A DNA stretch of 14,182 nucleotides from Gemmatimonadota bacterium (GTDB lineage: Bacteria > Gemmatimonadota > Gemmatimonadetes > Gemmatimonadales > GWC2-71-9). Below are positions 1-7,167 of this stretch, piece by piece. A program made the translations under genes and the position numbers. Positions within the stretch are counted from its first letter, which is position 1, and every line of letters begins with the position of its first letter. A model generated the notes under the pieces. That model was not told where the DNA came from. It ran no database searches and was given only the letters and a program-made list of their open reading frames with translations. The stretch lies in assembly GCA_036679605.1 (NCBI GenBank), contig JAZDCZ010000037.1, positions 1 to 14,182 on the forward strand, read 5' to 3'.

Positions 1-522
1 GAGATCCTCCAACGCTGCCTGCATCTCCAGGGGTAGATCCGTGGTCGACTCGGCCGAGACGATCATCGTCTCGCCATCTACTACGATTTCGTTAGTATCG
101 CCCTTGCCGATCCAGAATTCATAGTCCGAAGAAACCAAGTGCGTGGCCACGCGCCAGATCAACGATACGTCTTTGTAGAAGATCCGCGGGTAAATGACCT
201 GGCGACTACCAGTCGTGCGTTTATTAGCCCCGGCATGTCGTGGAACGACGTAGACGACAAAAAAGCGTAGATCAGGATTCTGCCGTACATTGGTAAGGTA
301 GAAACTGTTACCGAACAGTTCAACTTTGTATTTCGGGGTAAAACCAGAAGAGAGCAGCTGCAACGGCCGACGTTTGGCCTCGCCCGCCGGACGGATCTTG
401 GCCCCTTCGTCTAGAAGCCTGCGAAACCTGCGTTCGATCCGACTCGGGCTCGCCACCGAAGGCCGAACGCTCGGCACGATACGGCTCTTGTTTGGCCCTG
501 TTGCACGCTCGCGTTCCGTCAC
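1..522 (-). CDS. Hypothetical protein, 5' part only (runs off left edge; absent from ORF track)
   Basis: Manual translation shows a frame open from 558 to position 1. A GTG at 522-520 lies 2 nt after the acyl-CoA dehydrogenase stop. It reads MTERERATGPNKSRIVPSVRP...FTPKYKVELFGNSFYLTNVRQNPDLRFFVVYVVP...IYPRIFYKDVSLIWRVATHLVSSDYEFWIGKGD...ESTTDLPLEMQAALEDL (174 codons, globular-looking composition). No family recognised. Confidence 0.8.
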   Translation of the reverse strand, partial: MTERERATGPNKSRIVPSVRPSVASPSRIERRFRRLLDEGAKIRPAGEAKRRPLQLLSSGFTPKYKVELFGNSFYLTNVRQNPDLRFFVVYVVPRHAGANKRTTGSRQVIYPRIFYKDVSLIWRVATHLVSSDYEFWIGKGDTNEIVVDGETMIVSAESTTDLPLEMQAALEDL

Positions 523-524
523 GG

Positions 525-2219
525 CTAGGGTGCCATCTCGTAGGCACCGTCGAGCACTTTAACGTGCTTCTCCCACACCTCAGTAGCACGCGCTTGGTCG
601 TAAACCGACTTGCGTATCATACGTTGACACAATTCCATCTGTTTGTCCGTTGAGTTGGTCTTGGAGTAAAGCTGTAAAGCGTGCTTGGACATGTCGCGCA
701 CCATGAAATCGAAGATCTGATCCAACAGTCCGTCGTCTATCGCGTAAATGTCGGAGTTTTCGAGGATCAACTGCGCGTAGACCACCAGCGCGAAGATCTC
801 TCCACCGGCCAGCAAGAAGTCCACGTCCTTCATTTGATCCGGCCCCGGAGGATCGGAGGCTAACAGCTCGCGGTAGATTTCGGCCTGCTCGAAAAAAAGT
901 TTCACGTTGGGCAACTCACATTCAGCAAAAGCGCGATGGTAGTCGTGAAATTGAATCTGCCCGAGCCCCCCGGCGCCGCCTTGATGAAACAGGAAGTCAT
1001 CGTTGACGGCTCGGTCCTGTTTGGTCACTTCTGGATATTCGGCTGGATTGAAAAAGAAATTCGGCATGAACTTGACTATCAAAGCAATGTTTACATGCAC
1101 CGTTCCTTCGAGCTTGGGTAGGGCGCGGATGTCGACAGCCGCCTGCGAGAAATACATGTCCTTCTCGAAACCCTTGGCCGCTATGGCGTCCCACAAGAGA
1201 TTGATTACGTCTTCCCCCTGTGTGGTGACCTTCATCTTCACCATGGGGTTGTAAAGGAGATAGCGTCGGTCCTCGGCCGAAGCCGCACGCATGTAGTCGG
1301 CTGCGCGCAACGCAAACAGTTTCATTGCTACCAAACGGCAATAGGCGTCGACGAACATCCGGCGCACGTGAGAAAAATCGGTCACGGGCATGCCGTACAA
1401 AACCCTGTTGGCCGCGTGCGTGATCGCTTCGTAGAGCGCGTGCGTACACATACCGATCGAGGCCCAGCCGAGGTTGTACTTGCCGATGTTGACGGTATTA
1501 AGCGCGGCGTTCCAAGCCTCGCGTCCGCGATGCAAAATATCGGCTTCGCCAACGGGGTAGTCACACAGTTCAAACTCGGAGACGTAGTTCTGGCTGGCAA
1601 CAACGTTCTTGATCAGTTTGTAATTCTCGTGCGAGGGATGCGAGGCGAAAAACACATACTCGTCGCCTCCTTCAAAACGCCCGAAGGTCGACACGATCGC
1701 CGCCTGATTGCCGTTGCCTATGTAGTACTTGCGTCCGTTGGCCCGCCATCGGTCACCGTCGGAGCCAAGGATCATGTCGGTCGAATAAATATCGGCACCG
1801 TGGGTCTTCTCGGACAAGCCAAACGCGAAGATCCCACCCTCCTCCAGCGCCTGGGCGGCCTGTTTGCGAACCTCCTGGTTCTCGCTCATCCAGATGGGAC
1901 CCAGGCCGAGTACCGAGACCTGCCAGGTGTACCAATACTGTAGGCCGTAAAACCCCAGAATTTCGGCAAACTCGCAATTGCACCAGGTATCCCAGCGGCA
2001 GTCGTCGGCCCCTTCGCCCGCCGGTGTGCAAAGCCGGGCGAAAATCCGCTTCTCGCGTACGAACTCGAGGAAGTCCTCGTACCAGGGGCGCGCGTAGTAG
2101 TCCGCGAGTAGTTTCTCTTTACCCTTAGCTTCAAAAAAGCCGATGGTATCCTGCATGATTTGCTTCGAGCGTTGATCGGCATACGCACGGTTATGCTGTT
2201 TGGGGTTTAAAAGGATCAT
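525..2219 (-). CDS. Acyl-CoA dehydrogenase family protein (564 aa)
   Basis: ACAD motifs FAFGLSEKTHGAD and WRANGRKYYIGNG (FAD-binding region), and LPKLEGTVHVN with a Glu at the MCAD-type (YEGT) catalytic position. SD AAGGAG at 2234-2229, 9 nt before the ATG. Substrate cannot be assigned. Confidence 0.93.
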   Translation of the reverse strand: MILLNPKQHNRAYADQRSKQIMQDTIGFFEAKGKEKLLADYYARPWYEDFLEFVREKRIFARLCTPAGEGADDCRWDTWCNCEFAEILGFYGLQYWYTWQVSVLGLGPIWMSENQEVRKQAAQALEEGGIFAFGLSEKTHGADIYSTDMILGSDGDRWRANGRKYYIGNGNQAAIVSTFGRFEGGDEYVFFASHPSHENYKLIKNVVASQNYVSEFELCDYPVGEADILHRGREAWNAALNTVNIGKYNLGWASIGMCTHALYEAITHAANRVLYGMPVTDFSHVRRMFVDAYCRLVAMKLFALRAADYMRAASAEDRRYLLYNPMVKMKVTTQGEDVINLLWDAIAAKGFEKDMYFSQAAVDIRALPKLEGTVHVNIALIVKFMPNFFFNPAEYPEVTKQDRAVNDDFLFHQGGAGGLGQIQFHDYHRAFAECELPNVKLFFEQAEIYRELLASDPPGPDQMKDVDFLLAGGEIFALVVYAQLILENSDIYAIDDGLLDQIFDFMVRDMSKHALQLYSKTNSTDKQMELCQRMIRKSVYDQARATEVWEKHVKVLDGAYEMAP

Positions 2220-2231
2220 GGCAAAAATCTC

Positions 2232-2249
2232 CTTGCAGGTCTTGCAGGT
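2232..2249. repeat. Perfect 9-bp tandem duplication CTTGCAGGT x2 overlapping the ACAD ribosome-binding site
   Basis: Copies at 2232-2240 and 2241-2249, seen directly. Confidence 0.7.
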
Positions 2250-2488
2250 CGACGTCGCATATCGGTACCATCACCCTGAGCGGTACTGAGGCTGAAAGAT
2301 AACGGTGACATCCTTACACCAAATGCGCGGCTAACCCCATAGCGGACTAGACGAAATCAACGCTACGGGCTGCTCTGAAGGTAAAGGGCCGGACGGCTAT
2401 CGGGGCGCGAGGCGCCCTATGTATTGGGTTGCCTAGCCCTTGGCGAACGGATACGAAACCATAGACGATCGCACGTGGAGGCATGACG

Positions 2489-2878
2489 ATGACGACCGAT
2501 CTCTGGATGCTTGTGTACAGTTCGCTTCTCTGTCTGGGACTGCCCCTGGTCTACGTAGGCGGCCACCTCTCGGTACCAGGTGGAATCGCCTGGGGGTTTG
2601 GCAATCGAGACAAGCCCATGCAGTTCCCCGAGTGGATGGCGCGGGCCGAGCGAGCCCACCGAAATCTGTTGGAAAACCTCGCGCCGTTCGCGGCCCTGGT
2701 ACTGGTTGCGCACCTGGCAGGTAAGGCCAACGAGACAACCGCCCTAGGGGCGGCAATTTTCTTTTGGGGACGGGTAGCACATGCCGTGGTCTACACGGCC
2801 GGAATCCCAGGAGTTCGCACAGCGACCTTCATGGTATCTTTGATCGGCGAGACGATGATCCTGCTCCAGCTCTTCTGA
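2489..2878 (+). CDS. MAPEG family membrane protein (~129 aa)
   Basis: MAPEG signature RAERAHRNLLENLAPFAAL and FFWGRVAHAVVY, with about four hydrophobic helices. GGAGG at 2477-2481 is 7 nt before ATG 2489, so this start is preferred over 2483. Confidence 0.92.
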   Translation: MTTDLWMLVYSSLLCLGLPLVYVGGHLSVPGGIAWGFGNRDKPMQFPEWMARAERAHRNLLENLAPFAALVLVAHLAGKANETTALGAAIFFWGRVAHAVVYTAGIPGVRTATFMVSLIGETMILLQLF

Positions 2879-2924
2879 TCCGCTGGCTCTGAGTCGATCG
2901 CCCGCACGGGCATCCTCGTACGAG

Positions 2925-3443
2925 TTACTCGCCGCCGACCACTACCTTACCGCAGGCGAGCATACTGCTACCATAGTACGGGTTCTTGATATCGCCCACC
3001 GTTTGTAGCCAGCTCGCGTCGGCCATCGGACAGAAGACGACGTTAATTCCCGCTGGTGTAGACATCGTCGCCCACATCGCCAACGGGCCGGACAAGAGCT
3101 TGAACGCCTGTCGCGCTTCTTCAATGGTCTGCGCTTTCGCCAACTCAGCTGACGCCGACACGATGGCAGCTGGAAGTTTCTTGTAAGGCTCAGTAAGCTC
3201 ATCCCTGATGTTCTCCACGTCGAGCTTCGCCGCTAAGACAGCAATGCTTGTCGCGGTTTCCGCGACGCCTTCTACTGAGTCCGCGGCAAGGGCTTCCTGC
3301 GCCGCAATATAGCCAGCCAATATCGGTTGTATACCCGCGTCGAATTCATGAATACCCGAATTCGCTAGCGCCGACGTCACGAACAACGCGGCGCAGATCA
3401 ACGCCATGGCCGGTATGCCAACGGTACTACAGTTAGTTTTCAT
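2925..3443 (-). CDS. Exported DUF3347-like putative metal-binding protein (172 aa)
   Basis: Signal peptide ending in ALA, helical body Y..AQEALAAD...ARQAFKLLS, and C-terminal FCPMADASWLQ..IKNPYYGSSMLACG motif typical of DUF3347 proteins. SD GGGAGG at 3454-3449. Last gene of the efflux cluster. Confidence 0.87.
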   Translation of the reverse strand: MKTNCSTVGIPAMALICAALFVTSALANSGIHEFDAGIQPILAGYIAAQEALAADSVEGVAETATSIAVLAAKLDVENIRDELTEPYKKLPAAIVSASAELAKAQTIEEARQAFKLLSGPLAMWATMSTPAGINVVFCPMADASWLQTVGDIKNPYYGSSMLACGKVVVGGE

Positions 3444-3500
3444 TTTAACCTCCCTATTGCTAGGGCCCCGAAGGCGTCCCGACCAAGCTCAGGCATTGCA

Positions 3501-6500
3501 TTAGCCCTCCCCGTTCTCGGCTTGCGCCCTCGCAAAGCGGCGTTCGAGGATGATCTCGTAGACAATCGGGATGACGATGAGTGTGAGCGCTGTCGCGCTG
3601 ATCAGTCCTCCCACCATCGGGGCAGCAATACGCTTCATGGTCTCGGCACCGGTCGAAGTCGCCCACATGATCGGCAGCAGGCCGATCAGTGTGGTGGAAA
3701 CCGTCATCAGTTTCGGTCGCACACGCTGAACCGCACCGTCGATGATGGCTAACCTCACGTCGGCGGGACGCTGCAGTTTCCCTTCGCGTTTCATACGATC
3801 GTAAGCTTCATCCAAGTACACGAGCATGACGATGCCGGTTTCGGCGGCCAAGCCGGCGAGTGCTATGAAGCCAACGTAGACGGCAACCGACAGGTTGTAA
3901 GCTTCACCGCCGGTGGCCTTGCCGAGCAAGTCAAGGAACCAGAGCAACCAAACCCCGCCGATCAATGCGAAAGGAAGGCTCAGCATCACGACCGAGGATT
4001 CGACGAAATTTCCGAAATGCATGTACAGAAGAAAAAAGATCGTGAGAATCGCCAACGGGATCAGCAATTTCAATCGCGCTGCCGCCTCCTGCATGTACTC
4101 GTACTGCCCCGACCAAACTATGCTGTAGCCGGTAGGCAGCGTCACCTCCTCAGAGACCGCCCGTTTGGCCCGCGCCACATAGGAACCTACGTCGACACCG
4201 GCCAGATCGACATAGATCCAAGCTGTGCGCCGGGCGTTCTCGCTCTTGATGACCGGAGGACCTTTGCTGATGCGAATCTCCGTGAGCTGACTGATCGGCA
4301 CCTGAGCACCACTGGGTGTGGCAATTAAAGTACGCTCGAGGGCCGAGCGGTTGTCGCGCAACTCGCGAGGATAGCGGACGTTGACCGGATAGCGCTCCAA
4401 CCCTTCTACCGTATAGGTTACGTTCATTCCGCCCATGGCCGACATGATCACGTTCTGCACGTCCTGTACGCTCAGGCCATAGCGGGCAAGTTTTTTACGG
4501 TCGATTTCAAAATCGAAATAATTCCCGCCGACTGTTTTCTCCGGGTACGCAGACAGCGTGCCCGGCAGTGTTCTGACGACGGCCGCAGTTTTTTCGGCCA
4601 GTCGACCTAGCTGTTTCAGATCGGGACCCATGATCTTGATTCCTACCGGAGTCTTGATGCCGGTGGCAAGCATGTCGATGCGTGTCTTGATGGGCATCGT
4701 CCAGGCATTGGTCAGACCGGGTAATTGCACGACATCGTTCATCCCCGGCAAACGTGTACCCGAAGCGTCTTCGTAGCCGTAGATCAGTTCCCTGGTCGTG
4801 ATCTGACGTTGGAGGGGCAGCACCTTGGCAAGTAGGTCACGCAGGGGCGCGGGCCAGTCGGCGAAAAAGCGATCAATCGAAACCTGCCTCCACTTGCCCC
4901 CGTCCTGCTCGAGCATGATCGTACTCTCGATCATGCTCAGCGGTGCAGGGTCGGTCGCGGTTTCGGCGCGGCCGATCTTGCCGAAAACATGATGCACCTC
5001 GGGGAATGAGGCGATAAGTTTATCGGTCTGCTGCAGAATCTGTTTGGCTTTGGTCACACTAATGCCCGGATCGGTAGTCGGCATATACAGCAAGTCACCT
5101 TCGTTGAGAGGCGGCATGAATTCGCTCCCGAGACCTGGAAAGAGTCCGGCAGCTCCCCTCACCACGACATCGGCACCTCGGGCCAGTCGACGAAGCAGCA
5201 ACGTGGAATCGGGACGGCTCCACCGGCTAAGCGTCGGTTCGACGCGTTCGGCAAGTGGGACCAAACCGACTAAGGGAAGTACCGTCAACACGAGCAGCAG
5301 CCCAGCGCCGACCAAAGTTGCACTGCGCCTGTTGAGCGCAGCCTCGAGAACCGGCCTGTAGATGCGGATCAGAAACCGCGAGACCGGGTTTTTTTCTTCC
5401 GGCCGGATACGGCCATGAATGAAGACATCCATCAAAACCGGGATGACCGTGATGGCTAGTAGGGAGCTGAAGGCGATGGCAAAGGTCTTCGTGTAGGCAA
5501 GAGGTCGGAAAAGACGGCCTGATTGCCCCCCCAAGGCGAAGACGGGGAGGAAGCTGACTGTGATTATCAGCAGGCTGTAGAACAAGGCCGGCCCGACCTC
5601 TCGGGCCGCCGCGATCATGATCTCTCGATGGGGTTTTCTACCGCCGTCGCGTTCGAGGTGTTTGTGAGCGTTTTCGACCATCACGACCGATGCGTCGACC
5701 ATCACGCCGATCGCAATAGCAATACCACCGAGGCTCATGATGTTGGCGTTGAGTCCGAGCCAGTTCATCATCGCGATGCTCATCAACACCGCAAGCGGAA
5801 GGGTAAACACGGCTACCAACGCCGAGCGGAAATGCAGCAGGAAGATTACGCAGACAATCGCCACGACCGCCATCTCTTCGATGAGCTTCTCACGCAGAGT
5901 TTCGACGGCACGCTCGATCAATACCGAACGATCGTAGGCTGTCTGAATGCCGACACCAGGAGGAAGACCGGCCTCGAGTTCATGCAAACGGCGCTTGGCT
6001 CGCTCTATCACCTGATACGCGTTCTCACCGAAGCGCATGATGACGATACCGCCAACCGCCTCGCCTTCTCCGTTCCAGTCCGCCAGGCCGCGGCGGATGT
6101 CGGGGCCGGTCTCAACTGAACCTATGTCGCCAAGATAGATTGGAGAGCCCGAAGGCGTGGCTCCTAGGCTGATGTCGCGGATATCGTCCAGATTGCGTAT
6201 GTAGCCGAGGCCGCGGACCATGTACTCGGTCTCGCTGGTCTCGATCACCCGCCCACCGACGTCGATATTGGAGCTCCGAATCGCGTCGCGGACACGTTCG
6301 ATTGAAATGTTGTAGGCAAGCAGACGGTTGGGATCGACGGTCACCTGATACTGGCGCACAAAGCCACCGATGCTTGCTACCTCCGAGACTCCCTGCACCG
6401 CAGCGAGTTCGTACCGTATATACCAGTCCTGCAGACTGCGAAGGTCCGAAAGGTCCTGCTGCGCCGAGACGACGGACCCGTCCCCGATCGGGCAGCTCTC

Positions 6501-7151
6501 CAAATCCGCCGGTAACGCTCTCACTTTGACTATATTGTCACGCCGCTCAGCAGGAGCGTCCTCGAGGCGCGCGTACCAGTCGATGTCGGTACGGCGCCCG
6601 CCTTGGTCGGCTGTGGCAGCACCGTCGCCGACGATATTCCGACCCCAGGTCGACAGAGCATCCCCTGGATCGTAGGCCCACAGTCCGCCGGGGTAGTCTG
6701 TGCAGTAGTTGCCTGCTGTAATCACGTACTGGTAAACCCAGCCCACACCCGTGGCATCCGGTCCTAATTGAGGACTCACAGTGCTCGGCAACTTGTTACG
6801 AACGAAATTCAGATATTCGAGCACACGTGAGCGCGCCCAATAAATGTCAGTGCCGTCCTCGAAGATAATGTAGACGAAACTGAGTCCGAAAAAGCTGTAA
6901 CCACGTACGACCTTGGCAAACGGCACCGACAACATCGCCGTGGTCAGCGGATAGGTTACCTGGTCTTCGACGACCTGGGGAGCCTGGCCGGCATACTCGG
7001 TGAAGACAATCACCTGAACATCGGATAGATCAGGGATCGCGTCCAGACGGATCGTAAACACAGAGAAGATCCCCAAGGCCGCAGCAACCGCGGCCCCGAT
7101 CAAGACTAGGCCTCGGTTGCGGATACTGTACTCGATAATGCGTGCAATCAT
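3501..7151 (-). CDS. cusA: CusA/SilA-type heavy-metal (Cu(I)/Ag(I)) efflux RND permease (~1216 aa, with insertions)
   Basis: Motifs LDAIPDLSDVQVIV, GPDATGVGWVYQY, DLRSLQDWYIRYEL, NIMSLGGIAIAIGVMVDASVVMVENAHK, LAAETG and RVRPKLMT. The Met-triad equivalents are intact (DLLYMP, APLSMIE, RIDML). Start placed at ATG 7151 (MIARIIEYSIRNR) with GGAG at 7161-7158, not 7184. Confidence 0.96.
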   Translation of the reverse strand: MIARIIEYSIRNRGLVLIGAAVAAALGIFSVFTIRLDAIPDLSDVQVIVFTEYAGQAPQVVEDQVTYPLTTAMLSVPFAKVVRGYSFFGLSFVYIIFEDGTDIYWARSRVLEYLNFVRNKLPSTVSPQLGPDATGVGWVYQYVITAGNYCTDYPGGLWAYDPGDALSTWGRNIVGDGAATADQGGRRTDIDWYARLEDAPAERRDNIVKVRALPADLESCPIGDGSVVSAQQDLSDLRSLQDWYIRYELAAVQGVSEVASIGGFVRQYQVTVDPNRLLAYNISIERVRDAIRSSNIDVGGRVIETSETEYMVRGLGYIRNLDDIRDISLGATPSGSPIYLGDIGSVETGPDIRRGLADWNGEGEAVGGIVIMRFGENAYQVIERAKRRLHELEAGLPPGVGIQTAYDRSVLIERAVETLREKLIEEMAVVAIVCVIFLLHFRSALVAVFTLPLAVLMSIAMMNWLGLNANIMSLGGIAIAIGVMVDASVVMVENAHKHLERDGGRKPHREIMIAAAREVGPALFYSLLIITVSFLPVFALGGQSGRLFRPLAYTKTFAIAFSSLLAITVIPVLMDVFIHGRIRPEEKNPVSRFLIRIYRPVLEAALNRRSATLVGAGLLLVLTVLPLVGLVPLAERVEPTLSRWSRPDSTLLLRRLARGADVVVRGAAGLFPGLGSEFMPPLNEGDLLYMPTTDPGISVTKAKQILQQTDKLIASFPEVHHVFGKIGRAETATDPAPLSMIESTIMLEQDGGKWRQVSIDRFFADWPAPLRDLLAKVLPLQRQITTRELIYGYEDASGTRLPGMNDVVQLPGLTNAWTMPIKTRIDMLATGIKTPVGIKIMGPDLKQLGRLAEKTAAVVRTLPGTLSAYPEKTVGGNYFDFEIDRKKLARYGLSVQDVQNVIMSAMGGMNVTYTVEGLERYPVNVRYPRELRDNRSALERTLIATPSGAQVPISQLTEIRISKGPPVIKSENARRTAWIYVDLAGVDVGSYVARAKRAVSEEVTLPTGYSIVWSGQYEYMQEAAARLKLLIPLAILTIFFLLYMHFGNFVESSVVMLSLPFALIGGVWLLWFLDLLGKATGGEAYNLSVAVYVGFIALAGLAAETGIVMLVYLDEAYDRMKREGKLQRPADVRLAIIDGAVQRVRPKLMTVSTTLIGLLPIMWATSTGAETMKRIAAPMVGGLISATALTLIVIPIVYEIILERRFARAQAENGEG

Positions 7152-7167
7152 CGTCGACTCCGTTCGC

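Noticed and set aside
320..589. 89-aa (-) and 78-aa (+) ORFs
   Set aside because: They overlap the longer, more protein-like frame 522->1.
2896..2914. Small hairpin GCCC-GCAC-GGGC between the convergent MAPEG and DUF3347 genes
   Set aside because: Short stem and no U-tract on either strand, so not supportable as a terminator.
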